From positions 160,001 to 224,000 of the forward strand of contig CAWAWS010000039.1 in NCBI GenBank assembly GCA_963785725.1: a stretch of DNA of 64,000 nucleotides. The letters are read 5' to 3'. Shown here in pieces: positions 40,968 through 51,705 of this stretch. Each line of letters starts with the position of its first letter. Positions within the stretch are counted from its first letter, which is position 1. Origin of the DNA: an uncultured delta proteobacterium (GTDB lineage: Bacteria > Myxococcota_A > Polyangia > Palsa-1104). The notes under the pieces are model-generated. The model was not told the DNA's origin. It worked only from the letters and a program-made list of their open reading frames with translations, and searched no databases. A program made the translations under genes and the position numbers.

Positions 40968-43226
40968 ATGGCCCGCATCGAAGACGACATCGCCGAGCTG
41001 CAGCGCTGGTTCGACAGCCCGCGGTTCAAGGGAATCAAACGCCTGCACAGCGCGCGCGAGGTAGCCGAGCAGCGCGGCAGCATCAAGATCGACTATCCCG
41101 TCGCGCGCCTGGCGGCCGAAGGTTTCTACGATCGCCTGCGCGAGCTCTTCTCGCAGCGCAAGAGCATCACGACGTTCGGCCCCTATTCGCCGGGGCAGGC
41201 GGTCGCGATGAAGCGCCAGGGCATCGAGGGCATCTACCTCGGCGGCTGGGCCACGAGCGCAAAGGGCTCGAAGCAGGAAGATCCGGGGCCGGATTTGGCG
41301 AGCTATCCGCTCGGCCAGGTTCCCGACGAGGCGGCGCCGATCGTGCGCGCGCTGTTGACGGCGGACAAGAACCAGTTCCACGCCCGGACGCGCATGAAGG
41401 AAAAAGAGCTCAAGAACACGCCCGAGATCGACTATCGGCCGTTCATCATCGCCGACGCCGACACCGGCCACGGCGGCGACGCGCACGTGCGTAACCTCGT
41501 GCGCCGCTTCGTCGAAGTGGGCGTGCCGGGCTATCACATCGAGGACCAGAAGCCGGGCGTCAAGAAGTGTGGTCATCAAGGCGGCAAGGTGCTCGTGTCG
41601 GAAGACGAGCAGATCAAGCGGCTCTCGGCGGCGCGCTTTCAGCTCGACATCATGGCCGTGCCGGGGCTCATCGTCGCGCGCACCGACGCCGAGGCGGCCA
41701 CGCTGCTCGACGGTCGTGGCGACGAGCGCGATCAGCCGTTCATCCTCGGCGCCACCAACGTCGCGGTGCCGTCGTTCCGCGCGGCGTTCCTGGCGATCCT
41801 GCGGCAGTTCAACGCCGCCGGCGTCTCGGAGCTGAGCGGGTACCAAATCTACGCCATGTCGGAGGCGCAGTACGCGTACGCCGACGCCTGGCTCGAGCGC
41901 CACGAGCTCAAGGCAGGGATCGTCGAGGCGGCCGCGGCCTACAAAGCGGGCTCGGCCACCGTCGACGCCACGCTCGACAAGGTGTTCGACAAGTTCGTCG
42001 ACATTTGGCAGGAAGAGGCGGGCATCAAGACCTACGCCGAGGCGGTCGGCGAAGTCATCGCCTTCCGCGCCAACGAGGGCGAGCACCTGCCGTTGACGCA
42101 AGCCGAGTGGTTGACGTGGGCCAACAAGGTCGGCTGGTACGACGCGCAGGCCAAGGCCAAGTCGCTGCACCTCGACGTGACCTGGGACTGTGAGCACGCC
42201 AAGACGCCCGACGGCTACTACCAGATTCGCGGCGGCGTGCACTACGCGATCGCCAAGTCGCTGGCGTGCGCACCGTACTCCGACCTCTTGTGGATGGAGA
42301 CGAAGACCGCGGATCTGCACGAAGCGAAGGAGTTCGCCGACGCCATTCACGCCGTCTTCCCGGACAAGATGCTGGCCTACAACTTGTCGCCGTCGTTCAA
42401 CTGGGACACCACCGGCATGAGCGACGAGGACATGCGCAAGTTCCCCGAGGAGCTGGCCAAGCTCGGCTACGTCTTCAACTTCATCACCTACGGCGGCCAC
42501 CAAGTCGACGGCATCGCGTCGGAGGAGTTCGCGGCGTCGCTCAAGCAGGACGGCATGCTGGCGCTGGCCCGGCTGCAGCGCAAGCTGCGCCTCGTCGAGT
42601 CGCCCTATCGCACGCCGCAGACGCTCGTCGGCGGTCCGCGCGCCGACGCGGCCCTCATGTCGATCTCGGGCCGCACCTCGACGACGAAGGCGATGGGCAA
42701 AGGCTCGACGCAGTTCCAGCACCTCGTGCAGACCGAAGTTCCGCCGAAGGTCCTCGAAGATTGGCTGGAGCTGTGGCGCAAGCAGAACGACTATCCGTTC
42801 CAGCTCAAGGTGTCGCTCAAGCCGCACGCGCCGGGCTCGGATGTTCTCGAGCTCAGCATCCTGAGCCACAAGACCGTGCTCGGCGAAAAGGTGCTGAGCG
42901 TGGTCTTCACCAACGTTCAGGATCGTCGCGGTCGGCGCATTCTATCGGTGCGCGATCAGAACACCGATCCCGGACTGCGGCGTAAGCGCCTCATGACGCT
43001 GGCGCATCTGTTCCTCATCAATCGGTACAAAGTGGACTCGGTTCACTATCTGACGCCGAGCGAGGACAACGAGCGCCAGACCGAGAGCATGAAGCGGCAG
43101 GGCATCTTCTCGTCGGTGAATGCCGAGGTGGGCGAGATCATCGTCGCCGACGTCGACGCCGCGCAGATCAAGAAGCTCCTCACGGCCGATAAGGCCGAGC
43201 TCAAGCAGCTCATCTCGAAGGGCTGA
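40968..43226 (+). CDS. aceA: Isocitrate lyase, long ICL2 type with C-terminal GNAT-like domain
   Basis: [31 protein letters not shown]-terminal [30 protein letters not shown]. Confidence 0.95.
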   Translation: MARIEDDIAELQRWFDSPRFKGIKRLHSAREVAEQRGSIKIDYPVARLAAEGFYDRLRELFSQRKSITTFGPYSPGQAVAMKRQGIEGIYLGGWATSAKGSKQEDPGPDLASYPLGQVPDEAAPIVRALLTADKNQFHARTRMKEKELKNTPEIDYRPFIIADADTGHGGDAHVRNLVRRFVEVGVPGYHIEDQKPGVKKCGHQGGKVLVSEDEQIKRLSAARFQLDIMAVPGLIVARTDAEAATLLDGRGDERDQPFILGATNVAVPSFRAAFLAILRQFNAAGVSELSGYQIYAMSEAQYAYADAWLERHELKAGIVEAAAAYKAGSATVDATLDKVFDKFVDIWQEEAGIKTYAEAVGEVIAFRANEGEHLPLTQAEWLTWANKVGWYDAQAKAKSLHLDVTWDCEHAKTPDGYYQIRGGVHYAIAKSLACAPYSDLLWMETKTADLHEAKEFADAIHAVFPDKMLAYNLSPSFNWDTTGMSDEDMRKFPEELAKLGYVFNFITYGGHQVDGIASEEFAASLKQDGMLALARLQRKLRLVESPYRTPQTLVGGPRADAALMSISGRTSTTKAMGKGSTQFQHLVQTEVPPKVLEDWLELWRKQNDYPFQLKVSLKPHAPGSDVLELSILSHKTVLGEKVLSVVFTNVQDRRGRRILSVRDQNTDPGLRRKRLMTLAHLFLINRYKVDSVHYLTPSEDNERQTESMKRQGIFSSVNAEVGEIIVADVDAAQIKKLLTADKAELKQLISKG

Positions 43227-43382
43227 CCCTCCTTCCAAGCGGCGGCGCGACTGGCCTTGCCTCGGCATGCCATTGCGCCGCCGCTCTTATGTCTGCCGAA
43301 AATGAATGACGATCGGACGACCAACGCCGTCCGATTCTAGCCGACGCCGTTCGTGCTCGCGTAAGTGGCGACGGTTCGTACA

Positions 43383-43414
43383 CCAGACAAGATCCGGTAG
43401 CCGGACAAGATCCG
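43383..43414 (+). promoter_or_regulatory. Direct repeat CC(A/G)GACAAGATCCG x2, candidate enhancer-binding-protein site
   Basis: 18-bp period; about 100-130 nt upstream of the predicted sigma54 start site. Confidence 0.6.
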
Positions 43415-43488
43415 CATACCGGTTGCCACCTCGCGATCGAAGCCGCGCGATCGTGAAGCAAACGCGCGAGATCGTGGGCTCGCGAATT

Positions 43489-43505
43489 CGGCACGGCGCG
43501 TGCTT
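43489..43505 (+). promoter_or_regulatory. Putative sigma54 promoter cGGCACGgcgcgTGCtt of the comM operon
   Basis: GG at 43490-43491 and GC at 43502-43503 (N10); GGCACG core. Confidence 0.65.
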
Positions 43506-43517
43506 TGGCTCCGGCGC

Positions 43518-45038
43518 GTGCTGGCAAAAGTGCAATCCGCGGCCGTGCTCGGCGTCGAAGCGTACGGCGTCTGCGCCGAAGTCGACGTCGCCAACGGCCT
43601 GCCCGGCTTCAACTTGGTCGGGCTGGGCGCGGGCGCCGTCAAAGAGGGCAGCGTGCGCGTGCGTGCGGCGCTCGATCATTCGGGCTGGAAGCTGCCGCCG
43701 CGAAAAGTGACCGTGAATTTGGCGCCGGCCGACGTCCGCAAAGACGGCGCCGCTTTCGATCTGCCCATCGCCGTCGGCGTGCTGGCCGCGCAAGAGATCG
43801 TACCGCGCGGCGCGCTCGAAGGAATCCTCATGCTCGGCGAGCTGTCACTCGACGGCAGCCTGCGCCGCGTCGCCGGCGGCCTGCCGGTCGCGATGTTCGC
43901 GCGCGAGCTCGGCGCCAAAGCGGTCATCTTGCCGACGGCGTGCGCCGCCGAAGCCGCCGCCATTCGCGAAGTGCCGGTGCTGGCCGCATCGTCGCTGCCG
44001 GAGGTCGCGGCCTATCTGCGCGGCGAGCACGAGCTCTTGCGCGTCGAAGAGCTGCGCGTGCCCGACAAAGGCTACGACGACGTCGACCTCTCGGACGTGC
44101 GCGGTCAGGAATACGTCAAGCTGGCGCTGGAAGTCGCGGCCGCGGGCTCGCACAACCTCTTATTAATAGGTGCGCCCGGTTCGGGTAAGAGCATGTTGGC
44201 GCGGCGGCTGCCGACGATCTTGCCGCCGCTCGACGAAGACGAAGCGCTGCAGACCAGTCGCATCTACTCGGCGGCAGGCAAGCTCGAGGGCGCATCGCTG
44301 ATTCGTCGCCGGCCGTTTCGTGCGCCGCATCAAGACGTGTCGATCGCAGGATTGATCGGCGGCGGAACGGGCGTGCCCAAGCCGGGCGAGATTAGCCTGG
44401 CGCACAACGGCGTGCTCTTTCTCGACGAGCTGCCGGAGATCAAGCGCGCGGCGCTGGAAGCGTTGCGGCAGCCACTCGAAGAGCGTCGCGTCACCATCGT
44501 GCGCGCGCGCCATTCGATCGACTATCCGGCGTCGTTCTCGCTCGTCGCGGCCATGAATCCGTGCCCATGCGGCTATCACGGCTCGTCGGTGCGCAGCTGC
44601 ACCTGCGATCTCCTGCGCGTCCGTCGCTATCGCGGTCGCGTCTCGGGTCCGCTGCTCGACCGGATCGATTTGCAGGTAGAAGTGCCGCAAGTCGAGTTCA
44701 AAGATCTGACGGCCGTCCGCGAAGGCGAGCCGTCGGCGAACGTACGCGATCGCGTCATGCAAGCGCGTGAGGTGCAGCGGCGCCGTCTCGTCGGCAGCGG
44801 CTTGCACGCCAACGCGCAGCTCGGTCCGCGACAGATCGCGCGCTGGTGCAAGCTCGACGCGACATCGGAGGCGCACTTGAAGGCCATCGTCGGCAAGCGC
44901 GGCATCAGCGCGCGCGGCGTCCATCGCATCCTGCGCGTCGCTCGCACGCTCGCCGACTTACAAGGCAGCGACGACATCGTTCGCGCGCACATTCAGTGCG
45001 CCATCGACTTTCGCGCCCTCGATCAGGAGCTGCGATGA
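43518..45038 (+). CDS. comM: YifB/ComM Mg-chelatase-like AAA+ ATPase
   Basis: VNLAPAD, FDLPIA, GAPGSGKS, GEISLAHNGVLFLDE, AMNPCPCG and SGPLLDRID. Confidence 0.95.
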   Translation: MLAKVQSAAVLGVEAYGVCAEVDVANGLPGFNLVGLGAGAVKEGSVRVRAALDHSGWKLPPRKVTVNLAPADVRKDGAAFDLPIAVGVLAAQEIVPRGALEGILMLGELSLDGSLRRVAGGLPVAMFARELGAKAVILPTACAAEAAAIREVPVLAASSLPEVAAYLRGEHELLRVEELRVPDKGYDDVDLSDVRGQEYVKLALEVAAAGSHNLLLIGAPGSGKSMLARRLPTILPPLDEDEALQTSRIYSAAGKLEGASLIRRRPFRAPHQDVSIAGLIGGGTGVPKPGEISLAHNGVLFLDELPEIKRAALEALRQPLEERRVTIVRARHSIDYPASFSLVAAMNPCPCGYHGSSVRSCTCDLLRVRRYRGRVSGPLLDRIDLQVEVPQVEFKDLTAVREGEPSANVRDRVMQAREVQRRRLVGSGLHANAQLGPRQIARWCKLDATSEAHLKAIVGKRGISARGVHRILRVARTLADLQGSDDIVRAHIQCAIDFRALDQELR

Positions 45039-45418
45039 CCGCGCGCATCGAGCTGAACGACTCGGGTCGCTGTTTCTTGCGTCATCGCGAGCTGATCGAA
45101 GCGACCGAGCAGCTGTATCGCAAGATCATGACGACGCACGTCGACGCCGATCTCTTGCGCATGGGCGCGAACTGCATGCACATCGCGGCGTCGGCGGCGA
45201 TGGGCTCGCACGATCCGCGGCAGACGCTCCAGAGCTGGCGCGAATGTGCGCTGGCCGAGCGGCAGATTCGCATCGCGACCTATCGCGCGCTGCGCGACGG
45301 CTGCATCAACAAGCACCGCTACGACCTCATGTTTCAGACGGCGACGCGAGCCGCGCGAACCCGAGAGGACGAACGGCAGCGACTGCGACGGCAGCTGCTG
45401 CGCATGAACCTGGCTTGA
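45035..45418 (+). CDS. Hypothetical 127-aa helical protein, possibly a divergent four-helix-bundle family member
   Basis: ATGA overlap with comM; fills the gap to recA; AASAAMGS and ALRDGCINKHRYD resemble ANIAEGS and A..LGYI....Y. Confidence 0.7.
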   Translation: MTARIELNDSGRCFLRHRELIEATEQLYRKIMTTHVDADLLRMGANCMHIAASAAMGSHDPRQTLQSWRECALAERQIRIATYRALRDGCINKHRYDLMFQTATRAARTREDERQRLRRQLLRMNLA

Positions 45419-45451
45419 ACGAACGAGCGAACACAACGAATGGGGGAGAAC

Positions 45452-46507
45452 ATGAAGGCCAAAGAGCGTTTGAAGGCAGTGCAATTGGCGTTGGCAGCGA
45501 TCGAGAAGCAGTTCGGCAAAGGTGCGATCATGCCGTTGCAAGGCGATCGGGTGAGCGACGTCGAGGTCATTCCGACGGGCTCGTTGTCGCTGGACGCGGC
45601 GTTGGGAATCGGCGGCTTGCCGCGCGGTCGCGTCGTCGAGATCTACGGGCCGGAGTCGTCGGGCAAGACGACCCTGACGCTGCATGCCATCGCCGAGGCG
45701 CAAAAGATGGGCGGCACGTGCGCCTTCATCGACGCCGAGCATGCGCTCGATCCGCAGTACGCGCGGCGCCTCGGCGTGAAGCTGGAGGATCTCTTGGTGT
45801 CGCAGCCGGACAACGGCGAGCAGGCGCTGGAGATCGCCGATCAGCTGATCTGCTCGGGCGGCATGGACTTGATCGTCGTCGATTCGGTGGCGGCGCTGAC
45901 GCCGAAAGCCGAGATCGAGGGCGAGATGGGCGACGCGCACATGGGCCTGCAGGCGCGGCTCATGAGCCAGGCGCTGCGCAAGCTGACGTCGGTCACGTTC
46001 AAGCAGAACACGACGATCATCTTCATCAACCAGCTGCGGCAGAAGATCGGCGTCATTTTCGGCAACCCCGAGACGACGACGGGCGGCAACGCGCTCAAGT
46101 TCTACGCGTCGGTGCGGCTCGACATTCGTCGGCTGGGCGGCTTGAAGGACGGCGATCAGGCCATCGGCAATCGCGTCAAGGTCAAGGTCGTCAAGAACAA
46201 GTGCGCGCCGCCGTTCCGCCAGGCCGAGTTCGAGATCATGTTCGGCACCGGCGTCAATACGATGGGCGAGATCGTCGACCTCGGCGTCACGCACGGCCTC
46301 ATCGAGAAGTCGGGCGCGTCGCACATGCTCGACGGCGAGCGCATCGGCCTCGGGCGCGACAACACGTGCGCGTTCTTGCGCGAGCATCCGGAGATCGCCG
46401 AGTCGTTGCGTGACCGGCTCTTGTCGGCGTTGAAGACGGCCGAGCCCGAGCTGCCCGCGGCCACGCTCGAGGACGGCGTCGAGCCGCAAGGCCTGGCCGT
46501 CGCATGA
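45452..46507 (+). CDS. recA: Recombinase RecA
   Basis: [28 protein letters not shown] and [20 protein letters not shown]. Confidence 0.98.
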   Translation: MKAKERLKAVQLALAAIEKQFGKGAIMPLQGDRVSDVEVIPTGSLSLDAALGIGGLPRGRVVEIYGPESSGKTTLTLHAIAEAQKMGGTCAFIDAEHALDPQYARRLGVKLEDLLVSQPDNGEQALEIADQLICSGGMDLIVVDSVAALTPKAEIEGEMGDAHMGLQARLMSQALRKLTSVTFKQNTTIIFINQLRQKIGVIFGNPETTTGGNALKFYASVRLDIRRLGGLKDGDQAIGNRVKVKVVKNKCAPPFRQAEFEIMFGTGVNTMGEIVDLGVTHGLIEKSGASHMLDGERIGLGRDNTCAFLREHPEIAESLRDRLLSALKTAEPELPAATLEDGVEPQGLAVA

Positions 46508-47208
46508 GCGCGGTCTACACGCTGACGTTCCGCGGCGAGGATATCGTCCCCTGCGGTCGCGATCCGTTCCTGCGGCTGGAATTGGCCGCGGGCGCCATCG
46601 AGACCATCGCCGCCGTGGACGAGGGGGCGACGGTGGCGTTGCCGGCGGGGTCGCTGTTCGCGTCCTCACTGGAGCAACGGGACGATTGGGCCGGCAAGCT
46701 GGCCGACCTCTCGCGTGAACACGGCGTGGGACTGGCGTTTGGTATCGATCTGCTCGCCGACGAGCAATGGGTGGGGGCCCGTCGTCCGCGGTCGTTCGCG
46801 TTTGCGTGCGACCGCGGGCGGCGGCTTCTGTGGGCGTCGGCGGCGACGCGCGATCGAGACGTGCTCGACGATCGCGCGGTCTGGCTGAGCGGGCGGCAAA
46901 CGGTCGTGCTCCTGCAAAGCGACATCTTTCGCGCCGCTGCCCGCACGGTGGTCGAGCGCACGAAGCCAGATTTGACGCTGATCTTGGCTTACGGCGGCGC
47001 GACGCCGCGCTGGCGGCCGGCCTTGACGGCGCTCGACCGGCTGGCGCCGACGCTGCTCGTGCGCGAAGAGCTGTCGCGACGGCAGTCGGCGTGGACGGAA
47101 GCGCCGCGCGGCTGGCACGCCTCGGTCGCCTCCGCGTCGTCGTTCCTGACGGTCCATCGATTCCGCCCGCAAGACGTTGGCGTGCAGCCATCGGTCATGG
47201 GAGACTGA
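46504..47208 (+). CDS. Hypothetical protein, possibly a catalytically inactive nitrilase fold
   Basis: ATGA overlap with rec[23 protein letters not shown] and VVLLQSDIF echo nitrilase motifs without the Glu or Cys. Confidence 0.7.
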   Translation: MSAVYTLTFRGEDIVPCGRDPFLRLELAAGAIETIAAVDEGATVALPAGSLFASSLEQRDDWAGKLADLSREHGVGLAFGIDLLADEQWVGARRPRSFAFACDRGRRLLWASAATRDRDVLDDRAVWLSGRQTVVLLQSDIFRAAARTVVERTKPDLTLILAYGGATPRWRPALTALDRLAPTLLVREELSRRQSAWTEAPRGWHASVASASSFLTVHRFRPQDVGVQPSVMGD

Positions 47209-47215
47209 AGCGTCC

Positions 47216-49339
47216 GTGGGCAACGCGCGCGTCAACGTTCGCCGCAGTCGCTGGGCGGCCGCGAGCGGCCCCGTCGCCGGCGCCTTCGCGCTCGCCATCT
47301 TCTTCGGCCTCGATTTCGTCGGCGCCACGCTCGAGGTCATGGGCTTCTCGGACGAGAAAGCCTACAGCCTCATCCTGCATCGCTACGGCCGGCAGATCGT
47401 GCTCGATCAGCTGCGCGTGCTCGCCATCTACCTCGTCGCCGGCGCGATCTTCGGCGGCCTCGGCGCGCTCGTCGGCCGCTGGTGGGATCGCGCCCGCGGC
47501 CGCTCGCCGTCGAACGCGCGCCGCCTGGCGTGGAGCGTCTCGACGGCGCTCGTCCTGCACGCCTACTTCTTCGCGCGCAGCGTCGTCCACTATCCGCAGC
47601 TCTATTCCGAAGCGTTCTACGATCGGGGCGGCTTTCGGCGCGCGGCGATGGTGTGGCTGACGGAGCAGCTGTCGGCGCGCACGCTCGACGTCGGCCTCGG
47701 GCTGCTCATCGTCGTCGTCCTGGCGCTGCCGCTCGCCAAGCCGCACGCGCGCTCGGTCGCGCTCGCCTTCGTAAACCGACACGCGACTAAACGTTCGCTG
47801 CGTTGGCTTGGGCCGGCGGCGCTCCTCGTCTTGGTCCTGGCGACGGGCCTCTTCGTGCGCCGACATCATCTGCGGCACCCGTCGCGGCAGCCGAACGTGC
47901 TCTTGCTCGCCGTCGACAGCTTGCGCGCCGATCGCGTCTTCGGACCCGACGCCGCGCGCCGTTTCCCGTCGCTGGCGCAGCTGGCGTCGCGCGGCGTGCG
48001 CTTCGACGAGGCGCACGTGACCGTGCCACGAACGTTCCCCTCGTTCGTGACGCTGTTGACCGGTCGTTATCCGCATCATCACGGCATTCGCCACATGTTT
48101 CCGTCGGCAGCCGAGCGCGCGGCGATCGGTCCGGCGCTGCCGTCGGTCTTGCGCGATCACGGCTACCGCACGAGCGTCATCAGCGACTACGCCGGCGAGA
48201 TCTTTTCGCGCACGCCGATGGGCTTCTCGACGATCGACGTGCCCTACTTCGACATGAAGACGATCGTCGGGCTGCGCGGGCTGCAAGTGCATCCCAACGT
48301 GCTGCCTTATGCGACGAGCGAGCTCGGGCGCCGCCTCTTTCCGGCCGTCAACGCGATGCCGGAGCTGTCGGATCCGGCGCGCCTGGCTAAGCGCGCGCTG
48401 GCCGAGCTCGATCGCGCCGGCGATCAGCCGTTCTTCATGACCGTGTTCTTCTCGGCGGCGCATTTTCCCTACGCCTCGCCCGATCCCTATTATCGACGTT
48501 ACGGCGGCCACGATTACGACGGCCCCTATCGTTATCAGAAGCCGCCTTTGGCGCCGGCGCCGGCGGGCGAGCCCGATCGGCAGCAGATTCGCGCGCTCTA
48601 CGACGGCGCCGTGGCGGCGACCGACGCGGCCATCGGACGAATTCTGACGCGCCTCGAGGACGATGGGCTGGCCGACGACACCATCGTCGTGCTGCTCGCC
48701 GATCATGGGGAAAACCTCTACGACTTCGAAGATCGCGGAATGGGTCACGGCGATCATCTGCGGGGAAGCGCCGCCGATCATGTGCCGTGGGTGTGGATCG
48801 ATCCGCATGATCATCTGCCGCCGCACGATGTTCCCGGCCTCGTGCGCGACGTCGATTTCGCGCCCACGCTGTCGAAGCTGCTCGGCATTCCGGCGCCGCC
48901 GACCGACGGCGTCGACCTCGGCCCGCTCTTGCGCGGCACCAAGTCGACGCTCGATCTCGACGCGTTCCAAGAGACCGAGCTGTGGTTCACGAGCAACGGT
49001 CCCGGCTTCGGTCCCGACGAGCGGCTGCCCTATCCGACGATCACCGGCGTGTCCGACATGGCGCCCGACGACGACATCTATTTGCGTCCCGAATGGCAGG
49101 ATACGGTCGTCGTCGCCAAGCACCGCGCGCTGCGCACCGATCGCTGGAAGCTGCTCTATCGTCCGACGCGGCAAGGCGTCCTGTGGAGCCTCTACGATCT
49201 GCGCCAAGATCCCAACGAGCGTCAGGATGTGTTGGCCGAGCATCCCGATGTCGCGGCGAGCCTCGAGCAAAAGCTGAAGGCGTGGATGCTGCAAGATCCG
49301 CGGATGACGATGCGCGGCGAGTTCCTGGTGCCGAAATGA
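47216..49339 (+). CDS. Membrane-anchored sulfatase/alkaline-phosphatase superfamily protein
   Basis: N-terminal TM helices; PNVLLLAVDSLRAD, RTFPSFVTLLTGRYP, AHFPY and ADHGE. Confidence 0.9.
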   Translation: MGNARVNVRRSRWAAASGPVAGAFALAIFFGLDFVGATLEVMGFSDEKAYSLILHRYGRQIVLDQLRVLAIYLVAGAIFGGLGALVGRWWDRARGRSPSNARRLAWSVSTALVLHAYFFARSVVHYPQLYSEAFYDRGGFRRAAMVWLTEQLSARTLDVGLGLLIVVVLALPLAKPHARSVALAFVNRHATKRSLRWLGPAALLVLVLATGLFVRRHHLRHPSRQPNVLLLAVDSLRADRVFGPDAARRFPSLAQLASRGVRFDEAHVTVPRTFPSFVTLLTGRYPHHHGIRHMFPSAAERAAIGPALPSVLRDHGYRTSVISDYAGEIFSRTPMGFSTIDVPYFDMKTIVGLRGLQVHPNVLPYATSELGRRLFPAVNAMPELSDPARLAKRALAELDRAGDQPFFMTVFFSAAHFPYASPDPYYRRYGGHDYDGPYRYQKPPLAPAPAGEPDRQQIRALYDGAVAATDAAIGRILTRLEDDGLADDTIVVLLADHGENLYDFEDRGMGHGDHLRGSAADHVPWVWIDPHDHLPPHDVPGLVRDVDFAPTLSKLLGIPAPPTDGVDLGPLLRGTKSTLDLDAFQETELWFTSNGPGFGPDERLPYPTITGVSDMAPDDDIYLRPEWQDTVVVAKHRALRTDRWKLLYRPTRQGVLWSLYDLRQDPNERQDVLAEHPDVAASLEQKLKAWMLQDPRMTMRGEFLVPK

Positions 49340-51699
49340 GGGCATCGTTGGCGCTGCTGCTCGCGTTCACACTCGCGGCTTGCGGTCGCAAACCGGCGGC
49401 GACGACGTCGTCCGCCGCGCCGGCGAGCGCCTCCACGACGACGCCATTGCCGCGCACGAGCGCCGGCGATCGGCTGGCCTTCCGCTTGATCGATCACGCC
49501 GGCGCGGCGACACGCAATGGGCCGCCACTCGCCGACGCCTGGCAGACGCTGGCCTATCCGGCGAAGCTGGCCGACCCGTACGCCGGGCTGCGTGGCGACG
49601 AGGCGTTGCGCGTCATCGAGCTGGCGCTGGCCGACTCCGACGTCGCGTCTTACGGCACGCCGCATCCGCTGTCGCCGGCCCGCGCTCGCTCGCTGCGCTT
49701 CGATCCGGTGTGGAATCGCACGCGCGCGGTCTACGAGTCGAAGCGCGCGCTGTTCGCCCCTGGTCAAAATCGCTACGAGTTTCACGTGCCAGCGACGACA
49801 AAGGGCGAGCTGCAAGTGGCGCTGGCGGTCGTGCCTGGCGGTCACGCCACGACGTTTACGATCGCCGTCGACGGCGTGGAACAGCTGCGCCGTCCGATCC
49901 CCGACGCGCAGGTGGGCGCTTGGATCGACACGAAGACGCCGCTGCCGCCGGGCGCGCACACGATCGCGCTCGTGACCGAAGGCGAATCGGCGGCGTTTTG
50001 GGGCGATCCGGTGATCGTCGATCGCGAGACGCAGCGGCCGACGCCGAATGTGCTGTTCGTGGTCATCGATACCTTGCGCGTCGATGCGCTGCCGGCGATG
50101 CCGCGCTTGCAAGCGCTGGCGAAACAGGGCGCGAATTTCACGCAGGCGATCACCGCGGCGACGTGGACGCGACCGTCGGTGCTGGCGATGCTCGGCGGCG
50201 ATTTGCCGACCGCGCTCGGGCAGGCGGCGGAGGAGATGATCCCGTCCGATCGCAATCGGCGCCGCTTTTATGCCGTCGCGCCGCCGCTCTTGCCGCGCGT
50301 CATGGAAGAGCAGGGCTATCGCGCGATCGCCATCGGCAACAACTTCTTCCTGCTCGGCTATCCCGAGATCGGGCTGTCGCTCGGCTTCGACGAAGTGGCC
50401 GATATTCGCGACCCGGTGCTGGACACGCCGGCGATCACGAATGCGGCCATCGCGTTCATGGAAGCGCATCGCGACGAGCCGTGGCTGCTGCATCTCCACT
50501 ACGACGCGCCGCACTGGCCCTACACGCCGCCGCCGGCCTATCTCGGCAAGGTGCCACCGCTGCCGTTTCCGGTTGATTCGATGGCGAAGTCGTACCTGGC
50601 GGAGGCCGCGTATGCCGACGATTATCTCGGCCGCGTCATCGATGCGCTCGATCGGCTGAAGCTGAGCGAGCAAACGATCGTCGTCGTCATGGGCGATCAT
50701 GGCGAGATCTTCGATCACGCGCATGCACACACCGTCGACGCGCTGAAGCTGCCGACGCTGCATCATCACGGCTGGTCCGGTTACGACGAGCTCTTGCGGG
50801 TGCCGCTCGTGTTTCGCATGCCGGGCACGATTCCGGCGACGACGATCTCGCAACAGGTGAGCCTCGTCGACGTGGAGCCGACCTTGCGCGAGCTCGTGGG
50901 CATCGCGCCGCGGGAAGGCGCGCGCGGCCAGTCGCTCGTGCCGGCGTTCGAGGGGCGACCGCTGACGGAGCGGCCGGCGTTCGTCGAAGGCCAAGACGTG
51001 CGTGTCGTCCGCGACGGCGGCTGGGCCTATCTCCGTCGCAGCGATGGCCGGCTGACGCTGGAAAACGGCGCGCATGTCGTGCGCACCGAGGAGCTGTACG
51101 ATCTGCAGCGCGATCCGCTCGAGCATGACGATTTGGCGGCGAAGCGACCGGCGGATTTGGCGCGCATGCGGGCGCTCTTCGACCGGGAGACGCCGACGTC
51201 ACGCGACGCGCCGGTGGCCGTCTTGCATCTGCGGGCGGCGCCTGATGCGCGGGCGCATGTCGTCGAAGCCGTGGTCCGCAGCGACGGCGCAATTTCCGTA
51301 CGCGGCGTGGCCGGCGCCGAGGCTGCGCCCGTCGACGCGCACACGCTGGCGCTCACCTTGCGCGGCGCCTCTCAGGTGGATTTGGCGATCGATCCGCCGA
51401 CCGCGAGCGTGCAGCTCGACCTGCGTCGCGATGGCACGCCGTTGACAGCGCGACAGCTGCTGCTCGGCGAATTCGCGCTGCCGCTCTTGGCATCGGAGCC
51501 GCGGGTGCAGCTGCGCGGCGAGCGGCTGACTTGGCTCGACGCCGCGCGGCCGCCGGTGCCGGGCGAGCGCGGCGAGCTGCTCTTGTGGCGCGATCCGAGC
51601 CCGATTACGTCGCTGGGGCTACCGGCGAGCGGCAGCAAATCGTCGAGCGAAGTGGCGGGAATGATGCGGCGCTGGGGTTACGCGCAGCCGGGACACTGA
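49336..51699 (+). CDS. Lipoprotein of the sulfatase/alkaline-phosphatase superfamily
   Basis: Lipobox LAAC; PNVLFVVIDTLRVD, WTRPS, PHWPY, GDHGE and ELYDL; ATGA overlap. Confidence 0.9.
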   Translation: MRASLALLLAFTLAACGRKPAATTSSAAPASASTTTPLPRTSAGDRLAFRLIDHAGAATRNGPPLADAWQTLAYPAKLADPYAGLRGDEALRVIELALADSDVASYGTPHPLSPARARSLRFDPVWNRTRAVYESKRALFAPGQNRYEFHVPATTKGELQVALAVVPGGHATTFTIAVDGVEQLRRPIPDAQVGAWIDTKTPLPPGAHTIALVTEGESAAFWGDPVIVDRETQRPTPNVLFVVIDTLRVDALPAMPRLQALAKQGANFTQAITAATWTRPSVLAMLGGDLPTALGQAAEEMIPSDRNRRRFYAVAPPLLPRVMEEQGYRAIAIGNNFFLLGYPEIGLSLGFDEVADIRDPVLDTPAITNAAIAFMEAHRDEPWLLHLHYDAPHWPYTPPPAYLGKVPPLPFPVDSMAKSYLAEAAYADDYLGRVIDALDRLKLSEQTIVVVMGDHGEIFDHAHAHTVDALKLPTLHHHGWSGYDELLRVPLVFRMPGTIPATTISQQVSLVDVEPTLRELVGIAPREGARGQSLVPAFEGRPLTERPAFVEGQDVRVVRDGGWAYLRRSDGRLTLENGAHVVRTEELYDLQRDPLEHDDLAAKRPADLARMRALFDRETPTSRDAPVAVLHLRAAPDARAHVVEAVVRSDGAISVRGVAGAEAAPVDAHTLALTLRGASQVDLAIDPPTASVQLDLRRDGTPLTARQLLLGEFALPLLASEPRVQLRGERLTWLDAARPPVPGERGELLLWRDPSPITSLGLPASGSKSSSEVAGMMRRWGYAQPGH

Positions 51700-51705
51700 C
51701 GGAAG

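Noticed and set aside
45035..45418. Diversity-generating retroelement suggested by an Avd-like protein
   Set aside because: No reverse transcriptase or TR/VR repeat pair in the window
45417..45441. GAAC repeats before recA as an SOS box
   Set aside because: Spacings (N0, N4, N8) do not fit GAAC-N7-GAAC or palindromic LexA sites
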